This document shows, one piece after another, positions 14,622-28,289 of a stretch of DNA of 64,000 nucleotides (the stretch's first letter is position 1; each line of letters opens with the position of its first letter). The notes below the pieces were generated by a model. The model saw only the letters and a list, made by a program, of their open reading frames with translations. It was not told where the DNA came from and ran no database searches. Source of the DNA: Geosiphon pyriformis uo1 (Eukaryota; Fungi; Glomeromycota). Position numbers and translations under genes: made by a program. Where the stretch lies: positions 248,001 to 312,000 of the forward strand of contig JAAOMT010000076.1 in the NCBI GenBank assembly GCA_016748015.1, read 5' to 3'.

Positions 14622-15940
14622 ATGACTGAAAAACAAAACATCATTATAATTGGCGGTGGCTACGCAGGCTTTCAAATTGCTCAAACGCTTGACAAAAGTC
14701 TTTCAAAACATTATCAAATCATCCTCATTGAACGAAAATCTCATTTCTGGCACTCAATAGGCGCATTACGTTCCGTGGTCATCGAAGGGTTTGAAAAAAA
14801 TCTTTTGATTCCTTATGATCAAGGGTTCAAACATGGCACAAAAGTCATCCAAGCTGAGGTCTCAAATATTGCTAAAAATGAAGTCACTCTCAATAAAGAG
14901 GTTCAGGAATGGGGTTCAAAGATACCTTTTGCGTATTTAGTCATTGCAACTGGAAGCAACTATAGCCCACCTGCCAAAGTACAGAATTTGAACAAAGCAG
15001 ATGTAATTGAAGAGATTTCCAAGAGACGTGAAGCTGTGAATACTGCCGAAAAGATTTTAATCATTGGTGGTGGTCCCGTTGGTATTGGTGAGTGTTTTTT
15101 TTTGTTTGGAAGCTTGTTTTATGGTGGTTTAATCATTATGGAAGCTAAAGGCTGAGAAATTTTCAAATTTTTACTCCTAACTATACGAGCTTTCTAAAAC
15201 TCAAAATTCCATGTCAAAACTCAAAAAATCTTGCTACTTTTTTACTGTCTCTAGAACTTGCTGGTGAATTGGCAACTGTTCACAAAGATAAAAGAATTAC
15301 CATTGTTCACGCCCAAAATGACCTCCTGTCACCTCAATTCCCCAAAAAATTAAGGGATTCCCTTAAACGTCAACTTGAAGACTTGAACGTAACGATAATC
15401 TTTGGCGAAAAAGTACTTTTACCTGAATCAGGCCTAGGTGATGGGACCAGCCCAAATACCTTGCAGACAGATAAAGGAACAACAATAGAATCTGATGTAC
15501 AATTCATTGCAACTGGTGCACAGCCAAATACTTCACTTGTCGCTACATTAGACGAATCCCTGCTAGAGGAGGATTCAAGGCTTGTTAAAGTTGCCCCAAC
15601 TTTACAACTTGATCATGAAGAGTTTCCACACATTTTTGCAGTTGGCGATATTACAAATGTCAAGGAAACTAAATTAGCATATCGTGCCGGTGCTCAAGCT
15701 ACAATTGTGGTCAAAAATATTGAAGCCTTGACAAGTGGGAAATCAAAGAAGCTGCAAGCTTACAAGCCTGGTCCAGAAGCTATATTTGTTACAATAGGAA
15801 AAACAAATGGCGCTGGTTTATTACCAATGCTTGGAGGAGTTGTTGTTGGACCCTTTATGGTTAAAGGTATTAAAGGAAAAAATTTATTTGTTGACAGGTA
15901 TTGGAAGCAAAATACTGGCGGCGCCCCACCGTCAGATTAG
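14622..15940 (+). CDS. AMID/AIFM2(FSP1)/Aif1-like FAD/NAD(P)H-dependent oxidoreductase, ~383 aa; exons 14622-15087, 15255-15940
   Basis: Rossmann motifs IIIIGGGYAG and ILIIGGGPVGIELAGEL (the latter reconstituted across a GTGAGT..CTAG intron), plus YLVIATGS, IFAVGD and C-terminal VKGIKGKNLF, all typical of this family. Confidence 0.9.
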
Positions 15941-17199
15941 AGATTTAAACTTTAGAAATTTGGTTAAGAATGGAATTCTTCACTTATTATTTGATGGATT
16001 GCTTTTGTGGCGTGATACTTCTCTTTTGAATTTTAATATTTCAGCTAAAAACCCGATATTTTTGCACACATTCTCATCGTCATTAATTCTTTCATTTATT
16101 GTCGAATATTTTTTTCAATAAAAACGTAATTTAATGGAAATTTTCTTAATATAAAAACTAAGTTCTTTGGTAATTCATATTGCTATCATAATAAAAATTT
16201 GGACAATTATTTTCGTATACCGAGTGTTTGTGAGAGTTATTAATGATAAAAGTCTCCAGCACTATTAATAAACACAGCACTTTTAAATATTTAAATCAAT
16301 GAAATTGAAATAAATAAATAAATAAATAAATAAAATTAAAATTATATAAAATAAAATAAGAATTGAATCATAAATAAGGATCGGTGCATTATTTTAGCGA
16401 TCATTCAAAAAATTCTTAAAAGGTTTTGTTTTTTATTTTTATTTATGTTAGTTTTCAATCCTGAAATTTGTTAAACAAATAATTAATTTACCAATAATTT
16501 TATTACTCATCAAACTATAACATTTAAAATTGGCCTGAAAACTAATATTTAAAAGGCCAAGTTCCCTTGCTAAATTTAATTAAATAGATTTAACTATAAG
16601 ATTATGAACCCTAGTCTAATTCTTCAGAACTGTAAGAGCATCTCTTTTTCCTTAGGAAAAAAATAACCTTAAAAGTTGTGTTATTAACCTATTTAGCAGC
16701 AAAACGTTCTCTGTTAAAATTATTTTTAGAGGTTTATATTTTTTGGCTAGCTTAATATTTGGAATTTTTATATTAAATATATTAACGTTATCTATCTATG
16801 GTTGGAGAAATGCAAAATATTTGTATATGAAAAATTATTTTTTATTTTATTTGCATTATTAATAACTTAAAAATTTAAAGCACAGATTTTTCATGAAAGT
16901 CAGGTTTTTAATTTTGTAATAAATAAGCCAAGGAATTTTGGCTTTATGGCAGATGTCATTTGGATCGTTATCCTTTTTGAAATTACCAACAATTTTTTGA
17001 TGTTTCTCAAGAATTCCTATCTAAGTTGCACGAGTCTAACTGGATGAATTTAGATTACATGAATTTTGCGCAAGGTTTTGTTACACCTGATTCAAAATTG
17101 AACAAAAAAATTCCGGCTTATTTTTATTTTTAAGAATTTATACACCAAATAAAAATGCTACATAACTGGTATTGTGTTGGCCATTTTTTGACTTTAATA

Positions 17200-18090
17200 C
17201 TGCTTCAATACTCCTTGAAATTAAGACAATAACCTCTTCAAGAACAGAGGCAACGAATTTCTTCAATTCCGCCTTTAGGTTCGACCACAGACTTTTGAAG
17301 ATTTTATGTTTTTTTATATTGCCTTGCAATATCTTCTAAATGTTCTCAATTAGATTCAAATCGCCGGCAGGTTGATAGTTGTAATTTTTACCATTTTTCG
17401 ATTTTTTCCGCGATGCGTTATGTTGCTGAAAAATTGCGTAGACACCTTAATTGTGTTGTGAAATGGTAATTTGTTGGTCTTTAAAATTTCACAATAAGTA
17501 TTTGCATTTATTTTTCACCATTTCAAAATACTATTGGTTCTTTTAATATCCCCCCGCGAAACACCCCCAATCCATTGCAGATTTTCGTTCACTTTGAAAG
17601 TAGGCGACAAGTAATTTACCTCCTCTTGGTTGCTGTAATTGCTTCCCAATTTCCACACCTCTTCTTATCGGAAAAGATTACTTTTACCCAATCATAAACA
17701 GTTTTATTTTTATTTTCCTCGCACGACCTAATACGGATGTGAGCATGTGTTTCTGAGATATAGGGTTTCTTTGCTCCGATACGTGAATTATGTCCGGAGT
17801 TGTACATTTGCTACAGCGATTGACAGATTACAGCTAAAACTTAAATTGTTGACAATTTAGTTGGCTTTAAAAGTGAATAAATCTTTTCAGTGGTTCCTAA
17901 GAACTGGTGGTCTTCCGAAACGTGGCAAGTTTTCACTTTTTCCTGTTCTTCGGTACTTAAAGATAAAGCGGTGTATTTTTCTGTGATCACGTCATTTCCA
18001 AGCATTTTTGCGATTTGAGCGGCATTTTTTGATTTTCACAGCCTTCCCATATTTTCTTTAATGTACCTTCTAATTCTAAAAACTGTCACT
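17200..18090 (-). mobile_element. Degenerate Tc1-like (DD34E) transposase relic
   Basis: Minus strand: LPRFGRPP (HTH/GRPR-like), WVKVIFSDKK (first catalytic D region), WGCF, and DLNLIENI*K (SPDLNPIENxW motif), broken by stops and frameshifts. Confidence 0.8.
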
Positions 18091-18109
18091 CCTCATTTGT
18101 GTATGTATT

Positions 18110-19030
18110 ATCACGCATATTCGTCCATAATGAATACAATTTCTCTTCGACTTCTTCGGCAGTAGGACAACTTGAAGAACTGACATCCGAACACTTTTCA
18201 ATTATTTCTGCGATACGAGGTGGAATAAGAGAATCATCAAAAAAATATCAAATATGAGAACCAATTCCCATAATAACATGGTAAAACTATAAATATCAGG
18301 AGCTATTTTAAACTCTTTTCCTCGCTGAAACTTCTAGTGGAATGAATCGAGTCACTCAAAATATTTTTTGTTCCTGAGTTTAATGTAACATTGTTGGTAG
18401 CTTGACATAATCCAAGGTCTCCAATTTTTATTCAAGTTTGACTATATTACAGGATGTGAACCATATCAGCGGAATGAATTGTCATAAGTCCTTCAGGTAT
18501 AGCCGACGCGTTCATTAATTTATCATAGCAACTCGTAGAATGAAAATTTGTTAATAAATATTTTAAGTTCATCACAATCCCATACTTTAGTGTTTCAGCG
18601 GTTTTTGAAATCCCGTATAGTGAAATGATTTGAATATTCCACTATCAAAAGTGTAATGATAAATAGTAAATTTAATTAGCCAAAATGATATATATAAGAA
18701 TCTCTTCCGTATACTAAACTTTTTTATATTCCATTTTACCATAATGTTTTTACTTTTAAAATCAATCTGTATATCAATCCATTTTACTTAATAAATTGTA
18801 CCGAACTCTCCCTCAACAATTTTATAATATTCTTTAACCTATTTCACGAAATTCATTCATAACAATTAATAAGTCCTTGTAAAGTTTTTCAGTAAATAAG
18901 AGCCAGCATGGTTTACAATCATTATAAGAATTGTTTTTAATGCTACCTTGATATTGTTCACTTATGAATTTCTGTACGAATTTTCTTACTTCAAGATTTT
19001 TCATCGTGTGGACAAAGCCAGACTTTCTTT
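18110..19030 (-). pseudogene. Tyrosine-kinase-like/Ser-Thr protein kinase pseudogene
   Basis: Minus-strand subdomain remnants in order: KIVEGEFGTIY*VKWID (~18790-18820), LYGISK..YGIVM, EGLMTIHSADMVH, IKIGDLGLCQ (~18400-18430), IPLEV, DIYSFTMLLWEL, IIEKC..PTAEEV (~18140-18200). The catalytic loop is deleted and there are multiple stops. Confidence 0.75.
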
Positions 19031-19299
19031 AAAAAAAGTTTTTAATAAGACTACATTTACAAAGTAATATTTTAAAGGCCGAATTCTTATTTGGGCTGTT
19101 TCTTTACTTGAAGATAGTTTAAAAAATTAATAATCTATTGAATCATTTACTCACTAACCATGTCTAAATGTAAATACATTTTAAGTTCGATTTCTTTGTA
19201 AAACAATAAATTTCTTGGTGAGGCAGGATATTACAATTCACTAATTGAAGCTTATTCTCATAAAAAAAAATTGTCTAAAATATATTTTATATTTTTAAC

Positions 19300-20532
19300 G
19301 ATGATAACAATTATTGATTGAGTTTAAAAAAGTGTTTTTGATCAAAATACTCAAAAATCATAATTAAAATATAAAAAGTTAACCAAAAATTTTACAAAGA
19401 AAATTATTTTATTTTTTTTAATTTTATTCAAAATAAACCTATTTTATTATTGTTTATTATATTTAAAAAAAGGGTAAAAAAATTTATTTATATATTGTTA
19501 GTATTTTAATTTTAAAAAAATTATTACTCTTAAATTTGATATTTTATAAACAAAATGTTTTTATTAATTAATAAAAACTAATTAAAAATTTGTAAAAGTA
19601 AATTGCAAATAAACAAAGATTGAAATTAAAAATTACTTTATTTTTAATTTTAATTTTTTGCAATATTTATGATTTTAGAAAATTTTAGTTTTTCTTAACT
19701 TTCATAATTAACTGTAATTTTTACAATTATTAATTATAAATTAATAAATAATATTGACAATAATAAAAAATCAAAAAATTTTATGTTAAAAAATTGTTTA
19801 TAATTTTGATTTTCAAATATTCACTTTTAAATTAATAAAAATTTAATACTTATTAATCAAAAAATTAAATTTATAATGGAATAAATATTTTTTATTTTAT
19901 TTTACGAGTGCGACCCAATTACTACCTACTACAATCTATCAAATAAAATCTTCTAAAATAGGTGTGAGTAAACATAAATTTTTAAAAATTATAAAAACAC
20001 ATTAATTTTGTATTTTTTTAAAAAAAAATTATTTTTATTAATTTAAAATCATAAAATATAATTTTTAATTTACAATATATTTTAGTTTATATCAATAATT
20101 ATATTTTTAATTTATATATAAATTTTTTATAAATTTTTTATTATTTTTCTTATTAATTCAAATATTTTTGTTATCTAATTCTTTTTTATTTATTATATTT
20201 ATCTTCATTATTACTTTCCATTAAATTGCTAAAAGATTAACATTTTTTAATTCATTTGCAGTATTAGAAATGCAATATGTTTGAAAAACAAGTTATATAA
20301 TATCTATTTACATATAATATATGTATTTATATACTTTAGATTTTTTATTTGTAAATTTTTAGCTATCTTATTTGTTATATATATATGTTTATAACAAGTA
20401 TTTAATGATTGAAATATTACTGTGAAACCAATAGAAATAGTAACAAATTTTTTATGATTTTTTGTATCTTTATTTTAACTTTGTTTGTCAAATATGCTTA
20501 AAAAAAATCTATGAACAAAAAAATCACTTTTA

Positions 20533-20565
<33 letters not shown>

Positions 20566-23150
20566 TGGTTATTTTTATAAAATTATAAGCGCAAATTACC
20601 ATTTTTTATTTACTTGACTTTTTTTAATAGAACAAAACTTTTTATTCTTAAATTATTATTTATTCTTAGTTATAATAGTTAGTAAAAGCTTTTAACTATT
20701 AACAAAACAGATAAAAGCAATTATAAATTGGTTTTGTTATTTTTTAGTTATATAAATAGTTTTTGTTTCAATTAGATTGTAGTAAAATTTTTGTTATATT
20801 AAGTATATAAAAATGGTTAAGTCATATTATAAATATTTAAAATTGCCTGTAATAAACTTTGTTAAAAAATTATTTGCATGAATAACAGTTCTAAAAAATA
20901 TTTTAATATTCTAATTTTAAAACTATTAAATGTAACTGTTAAAGCAGTTTTGTTTTGACTGAAATACAACAAGTCTTGTAATTTTTAAATTTTATTAATT
21001 TGTTTTTACAGGTTTTATCTATTTTTTAACTAAATTTTTATTGTTGCCAAAATATTAAACAGTGATAAAATGTAAGTTTTTTATATTTTTTATCACAAAT
21101 ATATAAAACACAAAGACAAGTTTACTAAACCTTAATATAATTAAATTTAATAATAATAATAAATAAGTTCAAAAATTTGGTATTATACCTATATCAAAAA
21201 TAGCTCAAAATAGCAAAAGTAAAAGAAAACAAAAGCATATTTTATAAAAATCAAAATTAAATTAGAAATATAATTAATCAAATTGTGATTAATAGTGTTA
21301 TTTAATAAAAAATCAGTAAAAATAAGTATTAAATTATTATTATTAAATAATTAAATAATTATAAATTATAATCGCTTATTATGCATTAAATTACTTTGGT
21401 TAACACAAAAAAAAAATTTTGTTTATTTTATTTTATATATACAACATTATTACAATAAATAGATAATTGAATTTGTAAAAAAGTCAATGCTGGCTGGTAA
21501 GATCAAGGAACTTTTTTATAAAATAATACCGTAAGTTGATGACTTGTAAACCCCAATAATTATACTCTATTGATTTTCACATGGTATAATTCAAAGAGTT
21601 TTACCCTTATATAATTGGAAATATCCGGGTATAAAAGGTCTACAATTCAGCAACTTTAGGTAAATCATGTTTGAATTTGTAATGGCCCTGAAAAAAAATT
21701 CTAGCAATTTTTTGGGTACAACTCACAGGGATATGCTCCCACCTATACAGGATATCCTTTCTACTTGAGTACCCCGGGAACTAAAATGGATATTTCCAAT
21801 ATCCGAAAACATCTGTGAGCGACTTAAAATAATAATATAATTCAATGCTTTATAAAATGCAGTCAACGTTAGATATTGTAGAAATCTTGATTAAAAGAAT
21901 CATAAATATTAAGTTAATCAAGTAAAAACAAGATAAAATATCAGAAAATAATAATAATAATAATAATAATAATCCATAGTATAAAACATGCTAAAAAAAT
22001 TTAAAAAAAAATTTTCAATCAAAAAAGAAACAAATTCATGGAATAATTAAAGTGTAACATCGTTTCAAATAGTATAAAAAATAAATTACAATATCGTTGC
22101 ATTTTTTCACGAATTTTTCAAATGACAATAATTCGAGATTGAGTAAATAAATATAATAACAGTTTTGCATTTTTTGGTTAATTATATTATTTTTATTATT
22201 CATGTATAATTGTTTGTTTTACCATTATAATAGAAGGAATAAAGTTATAATAAATAAGCAAATATGAAAATCAGTGATGAAATATAAGCATAGATTGAAT
22301 ATTTTTCAATTTTTTCCTATTATTGAATAATTTATATAAAATATTGATCAAGTTTTATTGGTTAAAAATTTCAAAATATTAACTTTAACTATACATAACT
22401 AAATCATTAACAAGTGCTCAATTGAACATACAACTAAAAAAAATGTTTATAATATAATAATTTAAAACATAATTAATTTAACCATAAATAATTATCATAA
22501 AATAATGGCATTAATACAAATAATCTGTATTGTATATTAATTATTATAATAAAATTTTTTAAATAAAAATAATTTAAAATCTAAAACTACAAAATTTTTT
22601 TTTCAAAAACGGTTATTTAATTAATTATAATTATGTAATATACAGATGGATTAATTATATAATACTTATTTGTTATAACAATTATAAATTAAAAATGTAC
22701 AATTTTGTTGTTTTTATTTATTTGGGGTAAATATAATTTATATGCATTGACTCTAAATTTTTACACATGTTATAAGCAAAAACAAATTGATTGATACTAA
22801 ATAATTTATCAAAAATGATTTTAATATGAGAAAATAAATTATTTATCACAAATTTTAATGGGCATTTATAAGATTAATTTGAAGAATTAAGAAATCACTT
22901 TGAGTTTCAAAATTTTTATGACTTTAAATGACAAATAAACAATTTTTTATTTTAAATTTAATTAAAAGCATATGCTATTATTGTAATTATAATTTAAAAA
23001 GGGCTCATTTGTAACACAGCCTAAATGCACAATTAGTTTATTCTACGCTTTATTACAATTTTGTAATATATAATTATCAACTTGGAAAAGAAAAAAAGCA
23101 AAATAAACAAGTTAGCTAACAAAAAAAAATATAAGTTGAATATAATTAAC
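19300..23150. repeat. Extremely AT-rich block, probably eroded repeats
   Basis: G/C strongly depleted and no ORFs; contains the conserved 25-bp motif at 19900-19924 also seen beside other relics. The element class is not recognisable. Confidence 0.45.
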
Positions 23151-23289
23151 TATATTGTAAGGTCTCCAGTTTATAATAATTCGAACTTTTTCTATCACTG
23201 TGTGATATAAAATGAACAGCATATTTTATTATTCATTGACCTTCTAAAATTAAAATTATAGAAAATTTACAAACTATTGTCTAAAAAGA

Positions 23290-24070
23290 ATTGTTAAATC
23301 AAAAGCAATGCCCGATTCAAAATTTTTATTAATACTTTGTCTGCCCTCCATGTAACTTCAAGAACAGAGGGATCGAAAATTTCCCATTCCTTTAGCGCAG
23401 TCCACAGACTTTGAAAACATTATTTTTTTTAGATATTGTCCTTCAGCAGCTTCCAAATGTTCTCAATTGGATTCAGATCTAGCGAATTCGCCGGCCAATT
23501 GATGATGGCAACTTTATTTTCCGTGAACTATTTTTGCAATATGAATCGACGCGTTATCTTGCGTAGCTTCAGGGTAAGTATTTGCATTTATTTTTTCACC
23601 AATTTTTTTGTATTATCACAAATACTTTATCCTCCTTTTTAAATCCCCCCCCCCCCCCACAAAACATCCCCAACCTATTACGAATTTTTGTTCACTTTTA
23701 AAATTAGGCATCAAGCAATTAGCATTAAATTCTTCTCCAATGGGCTCTTCTCATCAGAGAAGATAACTTTTGTCCAATCGTAAGCGGTTTTATTCTTATT
23801 TTCCTCGCAACATCTAACACCAATATAAGCATAAGTTTTTTGTTGGGTTTACATACAAGTGAATATTTTTCGTGGTTTCTAAGAATTGGTAGTCTTCTGG
23901 AACGTGGTAAATTTTTACTTTTTTCTGTTCTTTGGTACTTGAAAATAGGCGGAATATTTTTGTCGGGTTACTCATTTTTGCAATTTGAGCGACGTTTATG
24001 TATATCAGATTCTTCCCTTTTTCAATATCGTTTAGGTAGATGTCCTTTTTTTATATCACGATATTATTAA
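23290..24070 (-). mobile_element. Second degenerate Tc1-like transposase relic, same family as 17200-18090
   Basis: Minus strand INWPANSLDLNPIENIWKLLKDNI (~23435-23505), WTKVIFSDER and LPRSRRLP. The DNA is visibly colinear with the 17.2-18.1 kb copy. Confidence 0.82.
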
Positions 24071-26058
24071 CTTGGCGAGTCGTAAAAAGTAAATAAACGC
24101 CAAATTTATTTGTCAAATATTGAAATCGTTCTAACACAAACAGCAGGAGTATATCAGCTATTTTGCTGTTCAAATTTAGCATCCTTGATTTAAAATTTGA
24201 GGTGGCAAATAGGTATCCTACAATTTTGGAAGTCTGGAAAGATTATTTAGCTCTTTTGATTGACCCTTTGTTTCGAGCTTTATTCACAATTACAAAAATG
24301 AATTAATAAACTTTTTTTGAATTGAGTAAATTTATTCGTAATACCTGTTTATATTTTTTTTGTCTAATTTCCTTTTAGATATATTGCTTGTATGTCGTTC
24401 ATGATGTCCCCTGTGCTTATATATAATTAGCAAAATACATGTCACAATGAGTATTTGAAATTTTGGTGTCATTAAGCCTTAAATTATATTTTATTAATCC
24501 ATCTTATATAACTCTGAAGATGTATGTTAGCTTTATTACCCCTTGTTTGGCAGAAAGCTAGAGTAACACGAGATTTATTTTATCGACACATATTTTTGTA
24601 ATTTATTGTTTCATTCGGTATTTCTTAATTTAGAAAGTATTGCAAGCAAAACCAAATGCAGTTGAGGCTTTTGAGAATCAAACGTTTATAACTTGAATTG
24701 ATCCCACTTTCAAATCTTTTTATGATATTAATTTAAACACAAAAACAAATATTTAGGTAAGTCATGATATCAAAACTTTTTACACATAAAAATTTTTAAA
24801 TGTAATCGAATGCTAAGCTGGCAAATTTTATTCTCTGAGCTAATAAAGCTAACCCCTTTGTTTAGAGTAAAAATAATTCCTTAATTTTAATTTTTACAAT
24901 GGATTAGTAATTTTTTTAAAAATTGGTTCTATTAGTAATGTTAATAAACTTGATAATTAATTAATATCCTAAATTATAATTTAGTTTATTAAATTTTGAA
25001 TTATTTTTAAATATTATTTTAAGAGTTATTTTTAAAAATTAGGAGTTGCAAATTAATTACAGCTGGTCATAATTGTGAATAATTGCAAAAAGTTGTAACA
25101 AGTGTGAATAATTGCAAACTTTTTAAAAAAATTTTAGGTCGCCATCTTTAGTTTAGAGCGTTATATTGATAGTTTAGGAGTCTCTTATTGAGGCAAGTTC
25201 GTTTCAAGAAATAAATGACTAACAAATTTATCGGAACAAGGAATCAAGGAAATTAAAGCCCAATTTGAATATGAAACCCTATCAACGCAACAATGTGGAT
25301 CAATTGATTGAACCATATTCGTTATCAAAAAGTTACACAGAAGTTTTTCGTGACCTTCGGATGAGAAAACCCGTTTTGGAAGGAAGTGAAACATGAAGAA
25401 AAGCTTTCATAGTGAGATGCATCTCAATTAAAATTTCTCATTATTTTGATATAGAAATTTTTTGATTTTGCGAAAATCTCTAATTTTTATTTGTAAAATA
25501 TTAGCCAATATATTATAATATGAGATTAAAGCTATCTAAATTTTGAGAATATCTCAAAAATCTTATTTCTAAATTCATCATCTTATATTGAAGCAAAGAG
25601 TTCCTCCGCATATTCCTTTTCCACATGCATTTCAGGATTTTGAATTTATTAATAGATTCCGACCTCCATTGTAAAATAAGACAATATTGCGCCATAAAGT
25701 GACAGCGTTCGCATTAAGCTGTTCCTAGATTATACAAATACGAGATTACTAAAAAAAGCTGCGTACTTTTTTATTTTTTGTCAACTCCTGATTTTCATTC
25801 TGCGCCTTTTTAACTTTTTGGTATGCTGTGTTTTATTATAAGAGTCTTGTACGCGTTGAAATTGTTTCAAAAATTAAAATTGAATGAGTATTTTATAAGC
25901 AATATTCCGTTGGAAATTTGATTGCTTCTTACCTTGTACCCTTTCTTTACTTGCTGACAATCGGAATCACCTTAAACTTTCAAAATAATAATCGGTTTAG
26001 ATTTCAAAATATTTCGCTTCAATTCCCACTTTTTTAATTTTGCAAGAGCTTGATATTC

Positions 26059-27380
26059 ATGGGTGGACCTTTGCCGCTTGGTTGGGAGGAACGAGTAAGT
26101 TTAGCCTCCTTTTAAAGATTCTGAACCGCATTTTCAATTAAGATTCAAGGCCATTTTCGATAATTTTTTTTTCTCATTTTATTTTGTGATAGTACGATGT
26201 GGTTAGTGGGTGTAACTTTTGTAAGTTTTCGAAATTATCTATGTAATAAATTTCTTGAATGTTTCTTATACACAAGTTTAACTTTGAAATTTTCACTCTA
26301 AAGTTATTGATCAGAAGACTGGAGAGAGCACTTGGGTAAGCGAACTTTCAATTTTAAAAAAATTATTACTTAATTGAATTTTACTGATGTCGCATCTTGC
26401 TTTCTGTCTTCCAGGATGACCCGAGATTGAATCATCAGGCAAAACTACCCGTTTATCCATATAGTGCGGGCCCTTCCCCGCCAACTTCCCCGGATCATGT
26501 TACTCATATTCAGCATCCATGGGCTTCTCATTTTCAGTCTGGTAATCAGACTGCTAATCCACAGCTTGTGTCGATGCTATCGTCTGTTAACTATAACCCA
26601 GCCTCTCATCCATGGGCCTCAACGAATAATCCTTCGACAAACTCATCAGCATTTCCTCAACTAATACCCTTAAATTCAACAATTTCACCTATGCCAATGC
26701 ACTCTCCTCTAATTCCAATGCCTCAAATGCCTCAAATGCCCATAACCCCACCACACATGCCTATATCTTCTCCGATATATACTGTCGGCATTCCAACACC
26801 AACACTTGTTACAAACGTCCATCCTCCAGTACACCAATCTTCAACCCCATTAGCTTTGCATAATCCTACACCTCCAATGATAGCTTCATATCCTCCTAAC
26901 TCTGCCCCAGTTCCCCTTCAACAAAACTCTTCATATCCTAGCATACCTGTGCAACATTTTAACCAAACTAACAATTATTACATGGTTGGTTCTTCAGGTC
27001 ATCAATCAACTAGTGGTAATAATCTTCAAAAAGAGAGGATCCCAGAAAAAGCTGGAGAGCTTTTAACAACAACCTTGAAAATGGATGTGAAAACAGGAAA
27101 AATGGGGAAAAGGTATTTAGGAAAGAAAGAAGGCAACATGACCAGCAGCAACGCACAACCTCCAAGTCATCAGAATGACACTTTAAAAAAACAAGAAAAA
27201 AATTCCCAATACAAAAATCAGAAACCCACAGCCGAACCATTTATTACCTCTTTTCAAACTGGCGATTCTTCTCGTGTATATGATACTAAAGGAAATTTGA
27301 TTTTGATCACACAACCTGAAATCTTGAGTTCTGGGCCACCGCAAGCAGAAAGTTACCGGGATGGAAATTACCATAATTAA
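26059..27380 (+). CDS. WW-domain, Pro/Ser-rich protein, ~353 aa; exons 26059-26094, 26193-26220, 26304-26335, 26415-27380
   Basis: Spliced N-terminus MGGPLPLGWEER|YDVVSGCNFF|IDQKTGESTW|DDPR is a canonical WW domain; all introns are GT-AG with compatible phases; low-complexity tail. Confidence 0.85.
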
Positions 27381-28289
27381 TATTGGCACGAGCAGAAACA
27401 TTCTTCCAGAAAATAATTATGATGCGTATGAGAATCAACACTATTTCTGAATATCGCAAAATATACGCCGTTGAAGCATTTCATAGGTATCAAAAACCAA
27501 TCATACCCTCCTGGTCCGAAAATACCAATTCTTTTTTTGATAAAAAGTCGAATCTCAATTTTCGAAATATTGGCATATCGTCTTGGTGATTTAATGTAAA
27601 TAAATTCAATCCAGCCTTCAGTATACTAGTTTAACGAGTCATTTTTGAGAGATCCTAAACTAAAGAAATAAAACTCCCAATATTTATTCAAAGTTTGTTT
27701 AAGTGTCTTGCCATTTGATTTATGAAATCAGTCTTAATTTTCTGCTTTGTCTTTCTAAAATACTTGTGATCCTAATAAACAGAAAAGCATCAAAAAACCT
27801 TGCTTTTCAAAATTAAAATCCGTCACCTCAATCTTTATCCCCATATTTCATTCCATCCGTTAATGGAATTTTCATTAAATTGATTTATGGAAATCTCATT
27901 AATTTCAGCCTCATTAAATTGAGGTTTTTGTAACAAACCACATTGTCAATTTAGCATTTATTCAAAAAATTGAATCCCCGACATTGTGTCACGTTCATAG
28001 TTTCTGAAATTAGATTGCCCATCGTTTTAACTGACCTTTTCTGTTACTCAAAACTTCGGCGATTATTATCAATGCCGGTATAAATAGATTTCAGATTGAT
28101 TAGCATATTGACAACAAACCTGCAAAACCTAAACTCTAAAGCAAAAAGTACAAGCAGAAAAACCAGTACAACATTTTATTTCGAATAAGATAGTTTAGCT
28201 CGTCAAAAAGAGGAATATTATACGGTTGTTACCTCTTGAACATTTCCAAGCAACGAGAAGCGTTTTTACAGAGTAATATATACTAAGAT

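Noticed and set aside
25513-25695. WRSE..KEYAEEL fragment faintly like an HMG-box helix 3
   Set aside because: Needs a frameshift and lacks the RPxNxF N-terminal motif.
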